Below, piece after piece: positions 1-9,056 of a stretch of 64,000 nucleotides of DNA. This DNA comes from Fibrobacteria bacterium (GTDB lineage Bacteria; Fibrobacterota; Chitinivibrionia; Chitinivibrionales; FEN-1185), in the NCBI GenBank assembly GCA_037447435.1, contig JBBIGR010000016.1, forward strand, positions 30,502 to 94,501, read 5' to 3'. The position numbers and the translations under genes are program-made. The notes under the pieces were generated by a model. It was not told the DNA's origin and ran no database searches. It saw only the letters and a list, made by a program, of their open reading frames with translations. How positions within the stretch are numbered: the first letter of the stretch is position 1; the number at the start of each line of letters is the position of its first letter.

Positions 1-46
1 TTTCGTTCATGAAAGACATCGACGTGTTTGAAGGCGCGTTAGACCC

Positions 47-739
47 TTAAAACTTGTACCGGTATCCCAGCATAAACCCGATATTCGAATTTTTCAAATC
101 GAGCTGTTTTGTTCCGTTGCTTTTTTGCGCGTCCGACACCTTGTCGATCGATACCAGCCCCAGCGTGTATCGTACGTCAAAGAGAATTTCTCCGGGACCG
201 GCGTCTATGGCCATGCCGCCGCCGACGGTTATCCCGAAATCAAACGGATTGGTCTGGGTTTTGAGGTCCATAAGGGTATCCGATTTTTTTATTCCCGAAG
301 GCTCCCAGAGAATGGTCGAGTCTTTTGTTGCAGACAAGCGGTACGAAACGTTCGGGCCCGCAAAAAGCATAAAATCGGAAATCGGACTGATCGGTATGCT
401 GTACCGCAACGTAACGGGTATCTCGCAATAATCAAGTTTGTAAAAAATCCCCTTCGATTTATCGGCATAATCTCCGACGGCCGATTTTCCTTTCATGGCA
501 TAAAGTCCTTCAAGCTGTACGGCGAAATTTTCGCTGAATTGATAGGCGCCGCAAATGCCGCCGTAAAACCCGGACCGATACGCCGAGATCATGCCCGAAC
601 TGTCGGCAGCATCGTTTCCCCATAATGTCGACAGACCGATTCCGCCTTTGAGCGCGACACTGAACGGTTTCGATTCGGCAAATGCCGAAATGACCAAAAC
701 GAAGATCGTGGAAAGTAAAGCGGCAACCGGGTTTTTCAT
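47..739 (-). CDS. Outer membrane beta-barrel (porin-family, OMP_b-brl_2-like) protein
   Basis: Signal peptide, amphipathic beta-strands, LDYCEIPV/AGP/FDFG/RYTLGL pattern, C-terminal YRYKF beta-signal. Confidence 0.8.
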   Translation of the reverse strand: MKNPVAALLSTIFVLVISAFAESKPFSVALKGGIGLSTLWGNDAADSSGMISAYRSGFYGGICGAYQFSENFAVQLEGLYAMKGKSAVGDYADKSKGIFYKLDYCEIPVTLRYSIPISPISDFMLFAGPNVSYRLSATKDSTILWEPSGIKKSDTLMDLKTQTNPFDFGITVGGGMAIDAGPGEILFDVRYTLGLVSIDKVSDAQKSNGTKQLDLKNSNIGFMLGYRYKF

Positions 740-810
740 TGCAAATCCTTGCTTGGAGAAAATTGGGAACTATGCGGAATTCTATTGTAAATATCGATTT
801 TGGGCGTCAT

Positions 811-1704
811 TCAATGTCCGTAATAAAATAATCCAATTGCACTCATCATAAGGCAAGCGGCGCAAACCCTGAAGAGGGTGATTTTTACAGACACCTTTTC
901 CTCAAGATGTTCGTATCCTTTTAAGGCGATTAATGAGCCCATGAGAATGGATATGATACCGCGCGTAGATTGCACGATATTGCCGAAAACGACGCCGATG
1001 GACCCGAAACAGGAAAATAAAAACAACATGCCGACAAACCAGAAAAAAGCAAAAGGGAAAGCCGCTTTCCATTGCAACGAATTTGCCACGGGAAAAAAAG
1101 GCATTGCCGCGACGGCAATAAAGCCGCAAATCAAATAGCAGAGCGATGCGGTAAGCGCCGCAGCGTGAAATAAACCGGCCGACGGGAAACACGTGATGGT
1201 TTGGCGGACAAACACGTCGGACAGGGAATAAAAAATACAGGCAAGAATGATCCATATCCATGCCGCTGCCGTCATTTCCTTCCCGAGCAAAGACAATAAA
1301 ACCGCAGCGCAAACCGCCAATCCGATGGCCACCCATTGTAATCCGAGAAAATGCCCGTGCGAGACAAAAACCGTTATCAGCGCAAGCACGAGAATCTTGA
1401 GACCCAAAAGCGGCGAAACGCGCGAAGCATCGGATTTTGTCAAGGCCATAAACATCGCAGCCTGGCCGCCGAAATAAAACAGAACGCACAGAAGCAGCGG
1501 TTTGGCGATAGTCAAAACCGGCGGCATGGATTTCTGCCAGAAAAAAGGCAAAACGAAACAGGAAAAGATCCCCATGAAAACATGGCCGCTTACCAACAGC
1601 TGGATGTTTGCGTTGCGGAATTTCGTGACGAAACGCTTGGAAAAAACATAGGAACACGATTGGAAAAAAGCCGCAATGAGGCCGACGAAGACGCCCAGTA
1701 TCAT
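811..1704 (-). CDS. EamA/DMT-family transporter
   Basis: About 10 hydrophobic segments in two halves, ASRVSPLLGLK motif; ATGA overlap with upstream rSAM gene. Confidence 0.8.
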   Translation of the reverse strand: MILGVFVGLIAAFFQSCSYVFSKRFVTKFRNANIQLLVSGHVFMGIFSCFVLPFFWQKSMPPVLTIAKPLLLCVLFYFGGQAAMFMALTKSDASRVSPLLGLKILVLALITVFVSHGHFLGLQWVAIGLAVCAAVLLSLLGKEMTAAAWIWIILACIFYSLSDVFVRQTITCFPSAGLFHAAALTASLCYLICGFIAVAAMPFFPVANSLQWKAAFPFAFFWFVGMLFLFSCFGSIGVVFGNIVQSTRGIISILMGSLIALKGYEHLEEKVSVKITLFRVCAACLMMSAIGLFYYGH

Positions 1705-3128
1705 GATGGTTCCGACCTGTTAAGCGACAACGCGTACGGTAAAAAAGAGGCGGCATGCGAAATAAGGCGGAAATAGCTGTGCGGCGATCGTACAAGCATT
1801 TTCATATACAGCGGACGCATCTGTTTTCTTTGATAAAAGCTTTTGATAAAATCCCGGTGCATGGTTTCAAGCAATTGCCTGGACCCTATTTCCTTGGGGA
1901 CAAAGACGAAATGTTCGCAATCCATTTTCGCCCAGTCGTCGTCTACGGCGCCGTCTTGGGAAATATTCCCACTGATGGGAGCGCCGGGAAACGGCGTGAA
2001 CGCGGTGACATTGGCGTCTTTTAACGGAAGCGACAGGGCAAAGGCCTTCGTTTTTTCGATGGCCGCGACGGTTTCTCCGGGAAAGCCCATCATGAACAGG
2101 CCTTTGACGAAAATCCCCGCGGCGCTGATCCGCGTTATGTCGTTTCGTATGGTCTTTAGCGTGAGGCCGCATTTGTGTTTGTCCAGAATATCCTGGTCGC
2201 CCGATTCGATGCCCACGTTAACCATAAAGCAACCGGCAAGCTTAAGCATCCGCAATAAATCGTCGTCGATATGGCCGAGCCGCACGATGCAGTTGAAACT
2301 CACGGGCCGCTTGTGTTTCGAAAGCAATCCGCACAATTCGCCCACCCGCCCGCGGTTCACGGTGAAAAGATCGTCGTAAAAGTTGATATGACGCACGCCG
2401 AAATCGACGGCCAGTTTCCCGACGAGGTCGCTTGTATACTTGGGAGAATTAAACCGGAACGATTTGCCGAATACCGATCGGTCGCAATAGGAACATTGAT
2501 ACACGCAGCCGCGCGACGAAATCACGTTCGCTCCCGGATGGCGGGGATACGAAAACAGGGGCATCAGATATTTGCGGGGAAAGCCTTCCAGCAAATCGTA
2601 GGCGGGAAAGGGCAAATCGTCCATTTCGCAGCCGGTTTGCATGGGCCCGCTTTGGATGTCCGGACCGTTTCTAAAATACAGTCCTTCGATTTGACCCGGC
2701 GCAACGCCGTCCGCAAGTTTACAAAAAGAAAATTCGCCTTCGCCCGCAACCACGTAATCGACGGCGTCGTATTTTCGGAGAATGGTTTCTTTTCCCCAGG
2801 AAACATGGGGGCCGCCGAAAACCGTTTTAATGCCCGAAGCGGCGTTCTTGACGCGTACGGCGCAATCGTAGGCATCCATAAAGCTCGACGTTATGGCCGA
2901 AAAGCCGACAATGTCGGGACGGAATGCGACGATGCGTTTCGCCCATTCCTCATTCGATATCGTCTGGGAAAGCGCGGCGTCGAAAATCGCGACGGTATGC
3001 CCCGCGTTTCTGCAAACGGCGGCAATGGATGCCAAGCCGAGCGGCGGCATGGTACAGGCAAGCTGATGCAGACGCCGCGATGTACGGTCAACGGTAAAAC
3101 CGCGGGGATGGAACAACACTATGCGCAT
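1701..3128 (-). CDS. Cobalamin-binding radical SAM enzyme
   Basis: PPLGLASIA B12-domain motif, GGPH, GEGE, SRGCVYQCSYC (CxxxCxxC), GIESG; start moved to MRIVLF to avoid overlapping the upstream gene. Confidence 0.9.
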   Translation of the reverse strand: MRIVLFHPRGFTVDRTSRRLHQLACTMPPLGLASIAAVCRNAGHTVAIFDAALSQTISNEEWAKRIVAFRPDIVGFSAITSSFMDAYDCAVRVKNAASGIKTVFGGPHVSWGKETILRKYDAVDYVVAGEGEFSFCKLADGVAPGQIEGLYFRNGPDIQSGPMQTGCEMDDLPFPAYDLLEGFPRKYLMPLFSYPRHPGANVISSRGCVYQCSYCDRSVFGKSFRFNSPKYTSDLVGKLAVDFGVRHINFYDDLFTVNRGRVGELCGLLSKHKRPVSFNCIVRLGHIDDDLLRMLKLAGCFMVNVGIESGDQDILDKHKCGLTLKTIRNDITRISAAGIFVKGLFMMGFPGETVAAIEKTKAFALSLPLKDANVTAFTPFPGAPISGNISQDGAVDDDWAKMDCEHFVFVPKEIGSRQLLETMHRDFIKSFYQRKQMRPLYMKMLVRSPHSYFRLISHAASFLPYALSLNRSEPS

Positions 3129-3145
3129 GGGTGGATTCCAAAAAG

Positions 3146-4510
3146 TTAACGGACCAAAAATTCCCACAAGGGCCCGACAATGCCCTTTTCGCGGAGCCGG
3201 TTCGCCACGGCAATCATTTCGGGAGGCTGTTCCCCAACGATCCAGTTTTTCGATTGTGCGGAAAATTCGGACAAAACGGAAAACATCCGCTCTTCGGTGC
3301 AATGGGGCGTCAGGTAAAAATGAGGACGGAGCAAGTCGGTTTCTTTCGTGACGGCGTTTTCGGCAACGGCCCGCTTATGCAAATCGGTATTCGGATAAAT
3401 GCGCATGCCGACAAAAGGGAAATGAACGGTCTTTAAAAGGCGTTTCGAATTTTCATAGCCTTCGCGCATCGTCGCCTCGGTTTCGCCCGGTCCGCCGATG
3501 ATGAGGAAATGCGCGTAATTGACCCGTGCGTTCCGCGCATACGCGCTGGCATTGTAAATGTCCTGGAAAGTAAAGTTTTTCCCGTATTCCCTGAGCACGG
3601 AATCGCAAAAACTGTCGGACCCGAATTCGATATGCCGCAGGCCCGCTTTTGCCATGAGGTCCATGAGCTCCTGCGTTAAACCCGACGGCTTGAGAAAGCA
3701 TCCCCAGGTCATGCCGAGATTGCTGGAAATCACTTCTTCGCAAAATGCGCGGACATGACCGGGCGACGAATTGAATACCGAATCCACGATAAAGAAATAA
3801 GACGCGCCGAGATTCTTGATTTCGCAAAGCTCATTCCCCACATCATCCATGTTTCTTGACCGAACGGAATGTCCTTCTATGACCGGATAGGTGCAATAGC
3901 AACAGGAGCAGGAACATCCCCGTTGGGTCTGGATATTGAGGATCGAGCTTTTGCCGATATACCAATGCGCGAGGCGTTCGCTTCTGTATGCGGGGACGAT
4001 GTCGGACGTTTTCATTCCGGCGAGCGGATTTATGACTATCGAACCGTTTTTCCGAAAGACCAGACCGGGCAAAGCGGTATAGGATTCGTTTTTTTCCATT
4101 GCGTCGAGCAATTTGACAAAAGTAACATCGCCTTCCCCGTGAATGCCGAAATCGGCGGACGTTGCCTCGAGCAGCTCGGCGGGAAACAGGGAATAGCCGC
4201 TGCCGCCGACAATGATCGGCGCGTCGGATATTTTCCGTAGCGATTGCGCGATAAACGACAAATCCTGGGCGAAAAACCGGGGGTTTTTTATTTGAATATC
4301 GTCTATATTCCGCAAAGAAAGGCCGATATGCGACGGCTTAAACGACGCGACGATTTCGGAAAGGTCCCGGCCGTCTATCGCACAATCCGCAACGTAAATT
4401 TCATGGCCTGCTTTTACAAGCGCAGCGGCAATATGCGATAATCCCAAAGGGTATACCAAATAAGGGGAGTCGCATCGGTTCACACTGACAAGAAGGATTT
4501 TAAAAGCCAT
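3146..4510 (-). CDS. Cobalamin-binding radical SAM enzyme resembling the lipid-biosynthesis B12/rSAM family (TIGR04072-like)
   Basis: KILLVSVN..SPYLVYPLGL, SLRNIDD, QTQRGCSCSCCYCTYP, DSVFN, EFGSDS. Confidence 0.85.
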   Translation of the reverse strand: MAFKILLVSVNRCDSPYLVYPLGLSHIAAALVKAGHEIYVADCAIDGRDLSEIVASFKPSHIGLSLRNIDDIQIKNPRFFAQDLSFIAQSLRKISDAPIIVGGSGYSLFPAELLEATSADFGIHGEGDVTFVKLLDAMEKNESYTALPGLVFRKNGSIVINPLAGMKTSDIVPAYRSERLAHWYIGKSSILNIQTQRGCSCSCCYCTYPVIEGHSVRSRNMDDVGNELCEIKNLGASYFFIVDSVFNSSPGHVRAFCEEVISSNLGMTWGCFLKPSGLTQELMDLMAKAGLRHIEFGSDSFCDSVLREYGKNFTFQDIYNASAYARNARVNYAHFLIIGGPGETEATMREGYENSKRLLKTVHFPFVGMRIYPNTDLHKRAVAENAVTKETDLLRPHFYLTPHCTEERMFSVLSEFSAQSKNWIVGEQPPEMIAVANRLREKGIVGPLWEFLVR

Positions 4511-4715
4511 AATTAATGTATGCAAAACTACGTGATTGATGGTTGCTTGGGCAAGGAGTGCGGGATTTTGTCCGTATTTTTTTTAAAAACCCGGACTTGC
4601 ACTTTGATGATGGTACTTAACCGTGTTTTGGATTATTTTTTCATTTCGGAACGCCAAAATCGTCATATCGTAACGGTATTGCAATTATTCCACGACTTCT
4701 CCTGCAAGGAACCTT

Positions 4716-5441
4716 ATGCCACATTCGAACGTGCTCATTATCGTCCCAACGTACAATGAACGTGAAAACATCGGTTTGCTGATCACGGAAATCAAAACAT
4801 TGCTTCCGACGGCGCATGTTCTGGTCGTCGACGATAATTCGCCCGATCAAACGTCTTCCTATGTCAAAGAACTTTCGAAAACGTTCGAAGGCATTTTCGT
4901 ACTCGACAGGCCTAAAAAAGAAGGGCTGGGCAAAGCCTATATTGCGGGGTTCCGTTGGGCACTTGACAAAAAATACGAAATAATTTTCGAAATGGATGCG
5001 GATTTTTCCCACGATCCCAAATATTTGCCCGATTTTTTAAAGGCCGTCGAAAACAGCGATCTGGTCATCGGCTCACGGTACATCCAGGGCGTCAACGTGG
5101 TCAATTGGCCCATGAGCAGGCTGCTGCTCAGCTATTTTGCCAACCTGGCGACGCGGATCATCACCGGCGTTCCCGTGCTCGATTGCACCGGCGGGTTCAA
5201 ATGTTTCCGCCGTAACGTCCTGGAAACGATAAACCTCAATAAAATCGATTCGTCGGGGTATTCTTTCCAGGTCGAAGTGAATTATATGGCCTGGAAAAAC
5301 AAGTTTGTCATCAAGGAAATCCCCATTGTTTTTACCGACAGGAAACGCGGCGTATCGAAAATGTCGACGAAAATCATTCGTGAAGCGTTTGTCCTGCTGT
5401 GGAAACTACGACTGCTGTCAACGTTTTCCAGGAAGAGCTAA
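4716..5441 (+). CDS. Polyprenol-phosphate mannose synthase (DPM1-like GT2)
   Basis: IVPTYNE, VDDNSPD, MDADFSHDP, GSRY, DCTGGFKCFRR, GYSFQVE. Confidence 0.9.
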   Translation: MPHSNVLIIVPTYNERENIGLLITEIKTLLPTAHVLVVDDNSPDQTSSYVKELSKTFEGIFVLDRPKKEGLGKAYIAGFRWALDKKYEIIFEMDADFSHDPKYLPDFLKAVENSDLVIGSRYIQGVNVVNWPMSRLLLSYFANLATRIITGVPVLDCTGGFKCFRRNVLETINLNKIDSSGYSFQVEVNYMAWKNKFVIKEIPIVFTDRKRGVSKMSTKIIREAFVLLWKLRLLSTFSRKS

Positions 5442-7061
5442 GTGTCCGAAGAAAAGCTCATTTCAATCGTCATCGTCAATTACCGCGTTCCGGATTTTTT
5501 GGCGCGTACGCTTACGTCGCTGCGTGAAGCCGACGATTACGATACTGCGGAGATCATCGTCGTGGACAATGCCTCGCAAGACGACTCCAAGGAAACGATA
5601 ACCGCGCAATTTCCGGAAGTAAATTGGATAGGCCTAAAAAACAACATCGGGTTCGGAAAAGCCTGCAACGTCGGCGCGCAAAGCGCGCGCGGGACATTTT
5701 TGCTGCTTCTCAATCCCGATACGCTGGTTTCCAAAAATACGCTGCGCGTGTGCGTCGATTTTTTCAAAGCCCATCCCGAAGCGGGTATCATGGGCCCAAA
5801 AATCATCAATGCGAACGGCACGCTTCAGGCGAGCTGCCGCAGGAGTTTCCCTTCGCCGCAGGTCGCGTTTTTCAAGCTCGTCGGCCTGTCGAGACTTTTC
5901 CCTAAAAGTAAAACGTTCAGCAGGTACAATCTCAATTACCTGGATCCCGACGAATGCGCCCGGGTCGATGCGATATCGGGGTCGTTCATGTTCATGCCCC
6001 TCGGCGTGTTCCGCGAAATCAACGGTTTCGACGAAACGTTTTTCATGTACGGCGAAGATCTTGATTTGTGTTACAGAGTACTTTCCCTGGGGCGGTCGGT
6101 ATGGTATAACCCGGCAACGCAGATCGTGCATTTCAAAGGCAAAAGCGCGGCGAAGCAGAGTTGGAAAGCGAAAAAAGCCTTTTACGAGGCCATGATCATA
6201 TTCTCGCGAAAGCACAAGAAAACGCATGCGGCGTTTTTCCCTTCGCAGCTTTTATTTTTGGGAATCATGGCGCTTGCCGCAGTCAATTTCATCGCCGGTC
6301 TGTTCAAAACGTTCACCGCCTGTTTCATCGATTTATTATTCATCAATACCATACTCTGGCTCGGCATCAGCGTCCGGTTTTCGATGCTTGCCATGGAAAA
6401 TCCGTATTTCGGGAGCAATACGGCGACCGTGCTGCTCATGCACGGGCTGTTGTCGCTGGCCTTCATAGGCATATTTTTTTACCGGGGCGTGTACTCCAAG
6501 GAGCGATATTCTATTGTCAATTCGCTGGTCGCGGGGCTATTCGCTTCGATGGTTTTCATGGTCGCGGTATTCTTCGTCAATTCAATGGCGTTTTCCCGCA
6601 TCGCGTTTTTATTGTCCACCATCGGCATCACCCTTGTCCTGGTTGCCTGGCGCGAAGTTCTGCCCAAACTGATCAGCCGGTTCCGGAGGTTTATTTTCAG
6701 CACCGGCACGGTTATCGTTTTAGGCAACGACAGTATCGCCCTGGCGCTCATAAAAAACGTCGAGACCGATGCGAGCGCGACGATCGCCGGCGTTTTGTGG
6801 CCGGTAAACGAACAGCACCCGGGCCAGTTCGAAGGCTATCCGGTGCTGGGTCATATCGAAGACATCAAGCATATATTGGCAAACGGCCATGTCGATCAAT
6901 TGCTTATTGCAACAGCCCAGCCGTGGTATTCGTATGTCATCGAGGCCCTGGCAACGGTCAAAGTCCATCGCCTCACCATCCGCTGGGTGTCTCCGGAGCT
7001 GTTCAACCGCACCGGCGAAAAACTTCCCGATGTCATCCCGCTCAGGGATTTTACGGTGTGA
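5442..7061 (+). CDS. GT2 glycosyltransferase fused to TM helices and a Rossmann-like C-terminal domain
   Basis: IVIVNY, VVDNASQD, NIGFGKACN, LLNPD, GFDETFFMYGEDLDLC; about 5 TM helices, then GYPVLG..I..L...VDQLLIA; GTG start directly after the upstream stop. Confidence 0.85.
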   Translation: MSEEKLISIVIVNYRVPDFLARTLTSLREADDYDTAEIIVVDNASQDDSKETITAQFPEVNWIGLKNNIGFGKACNVGAQSARGTFLLLLNPDTLVSKNTLRVCVDFFKAHPEAGIMGPKIINANGTLQASCRRSFPSPQVAFFKLVGLSRLFPKSKTFSRYNLNYLDPDECARVDAISGSFMFMPLGVFREINGFDETFFMYGEDLDLCYRVLSLGRSVWYNPATQIVHFKGKSAAKQSWKAKKAFYEAMIIFSRKHKKTHAAFFPSQLLFLGIMALAAVNFIAGLFKTFTACFIDLLFINTILWLGISVRFSMLAMENPYFGSNTATVLLMHGLLSLAFIGIFFYRGVYSKERYSIVNSLVAGLFASMVFMVAVFFVNSMAFSRIAFLLSTIGITLVLVAWREVLPKLISRFRRFIFSTGTVIVLGNDSIALALIKNVETDASATIAGVLWPVNEQHPGQFEGYPVLGHIEDIKHILANGHVDQLLIATAQPWYSYVIEALATVKVHRLTIRWVSPELFNRTGEKLPDVIPLRDFTV

Positions 7062-7223
7062 AGAGACAATGCTGGTTTTCAATCACTTTCATAAGCCGTG
7101 ATTTCGACCATAGTAAGAACCGAGAAATCAGAAAATTCAGTTGTTTTAATTGGTGAAATCTATTTTAGAAATATTTAGAATTGAGTTTAGTTTTCGGCAA
7201 TGATAGAGTCGGGGGTGATGAGC

Positions 7224-7529
7224 ATGTCATACAATATAGAAGAAAAAGTCCCGCAAGCAAAGCTGATGGAGTTTTGCCGGAATAACCATATTCACAAAAT
7301 GTCTTTGTTTGGCTCGGCCCTTCGTGATGAGCTGCGTCCGGATAGCGATATTGATTTATTGGTTGAATTCGAAAAGGCCCATGTTCCCGGCCTCATTACG
7401 CTTGCAGGCATGGAAATTCAGCTTTCGGAAATGTTTGGCCGTAAAGTTGATCTGCGTACACCCGGAGATTTAAGTCGGTATTTTAGAGATGAAGTCATTG
7501 CCGAGGCGGAGGTCCAATATGAAGCTTGA
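7224..7529 (+). CDS. Minimal nucleotidyltransferase (MNT) antitoxin
   Basis: [22 protein letters not shown] (GSx10DxD), GRKVDL. Confidence 0.9.
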   Translation: MSYNIEEKVPQAKLMEFCRNNHIHKMSLFGSALRDELRPDSDIDLLVEFEKAHVPGLITLAGMEIQLSEMFGRKVDLRTPGDLSRYFRDEVIAEAEVQYEA

Positions 7530-7860
7530 TGATAAAGCCCGGCTAGAACATATCCTCGAATCGGCGAATGATGCCATTTCTTTTCTTGGGAATATGACAG
7601 TGGATGAACTTTCACAAAACCGTATGGCCCTTCAGGCAATTGTCCGCTCCGTTGAAATTATTGGTGAAGCCGCTTCGCAACTGACCCAGGAATTTCGCAG
7701 CAAAAACACTCATGTTCCATGGGTACAAATCATCGGCATGCGCAATAGATTAATTCATGCATACTTCGACATAGACCATGAACTTGTTTTTAGCACCGTT
7801 CAATCGGATATTCCGATTCTAGTTAATCAAATCAAACAAATCATTTTGAAAATTGCATAA
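7519..7860 (+). CDS. HEPN (DUF86/HepT-like) ribonuclease toxin
   Basis: [25 protein letters not shown] (Rx4HxY); 11-nt overlap with MNT, SD GGAGG. Confidence 0.9.
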   Translation: MKLDDKARLEHILESANDAISFLGNMTVDELSQNRMALQAIVRSVEIIGEAASQLTQEFRSKNTHVPWVQIIGMRNRLIHAYFDIDHELVFSTVQSDIPILVNQIKQIILKIA

Positions 7861-7897
7861 ATACTCTCGTAGACTGAATATAATAAGCATAACCGCC

Positions 7898-8011
7898 ATG
7901 GGAAATGTTTTCGGAGCTCTCAAACGTGAGATCGATTTAATTGACCTTGATGAAAAAAATCCCTTTGTAGAATATTTAAAAAAGTTCGGAGAACTTCGTC
8001 GTATCCTCTGA
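7898..8011 (+). pseudogene. Probable C-terminal remnant of a second MNT-family nucleotidyltransferase
   Basis: Own translation MGNVFGALKREIDLIDLDEKNPFVEYLKKFGELRRIL* resembles MNT C-termini; no GS..DxD half. Confidence 0.5.
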
Positions 8012-8111
8012 AGCTTGATCTCAATTATTTATCCTCAATACCTTTCCCCGATAGCCCTGTTCGGTAATTTATATTTCTTTGGTCACAAAAAAAGCATCAA
8101 CCAGGACATGT

Positions 8112-9053
8112 ATGGACGAACAAATAAATAACCCTCAGGAAAACATCGAAGAGCAGAATAGTTCAGAGCCGCAAGCGCCATTAGCCGAAACCCCGGAAAT
8201 TGAAACCGGAAATGATTCTGTAGAGGTTAAGCCGGTAAAAGCCGGTGTAAAAAAGGCCAAAGAGCAAAAACCCGAGGATGTTGAAGAAGACCTGGAAATT
8301 CCGCAAAACGCCGCGCCCGACAATCCGCTGCGCGTTTTAGAGGCATTATTGTTTGCCGCAGACGAACTTCTAACGACCGATAGAATAAAAACGATTGTTC
8401 CGGGCCAGCCGGATGCGCGCAAAATCAGGCAAATGGTCGACAAGCTCAACGTGCAATTTTCCAAAGAACGGCATCCTTTTGAAATCGTCGAAATCGGCGG
8501 CGGATATCAATTCCGTACTATATCCTATTATTATCCCTGGGTGGTTCAACTATTCAAGGAAAAGAGCGCGAAAAAGCTCTCGATTCAATCGCTGGAATGT
8601 CTTGCCATCATTGCATATAAGCAACCGATCACCAAGGCGGAAATCGAGCAGGTTCGCGGCGTGCTTTCCGACGGTGCCATGAAAACCCTTCTTGAAAAGC
8701 GGCTTGTCGCGATTTCAGGTCGCAGCGATAAAGCCGGGCGCCCGTTGCTTTATTCCACGTCCAAAGAATTTCTCGCCTATTTCGGCATTAATAAAATCGC
8801 CGATTTGCCGCGTATCGAAGAGTTCGAGGTAATGGCAAAGGAAAAACTCGGCGAGCTTACCGAAACCGAATTGCAAGTGATAGAGCATGAAAAAACCGTT
8901 GCAATGCCCGAAAATGCCGGAGAAAATGCAGACGGTTCCGCAGCCGAGGCTGCAACAACGGAAACCGAAACGCCGCAATCGAATGATGCCCCGCAGGCAA
9001 TTGCCGATACAAGCGAGCAGGTCGCTTCCGAAGAAACACCGCAAGACCAATAA
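8112..9053 (+). CDS. scpB: SMC-Scp complex subunit ScpB with acidic tails
   Basis: LEALLFA, GGYQFRT, LECLAIIAYKQPITKAEIEQVRGV, GRPLLY.T..EFL..FG. Confidence 0.95.
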   Translation: MDEQINNPQENIEEQNSSEPQAPLAETPEIETGNDSVEVKPVKAGVKKAKEQKPEDVEEDLEIPQNAAPDNPLRVLEALLFAADELLTTDRIKTIVPGQPDARKIRQMVDKLNVQFSKERHPFEIVEIGGGYQFRTISYYYPWVVQLFKEKSAKKLSIQSLECLAIIAYKQPITKAEIEQVRGVLSDGAMKTLLEKRLVAISGRSDKAGRPLLYSTSKEFLAYFGINKIADLPRIEEFEVMAKEKLGELTETELQVIEHEKTVAMPENAGENADGSAAEAATTETETPQSNDAPQAIADTSEQVASEETPQDQ

Positions 9054-9056
9054 CCT

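Noticed and set aside
902..3149. Long alternative-frame or antisense ORFs (902-1795, 2271-3149; also 6161-7156, 9767-10525, 61378-62061)
   Set aside because: They overlap well-supported genes, have shadow-ORF composition and show no motifs
3129..3302. N-terminal extensions given by the ORF track (also scpB, uvrC, STAS gene, dksA, Omp85, lpxH, RR, S8, htpG)
   Set aside because: They overlap neighbouring genes or lack an SD; downstream starts fit family N-termini better
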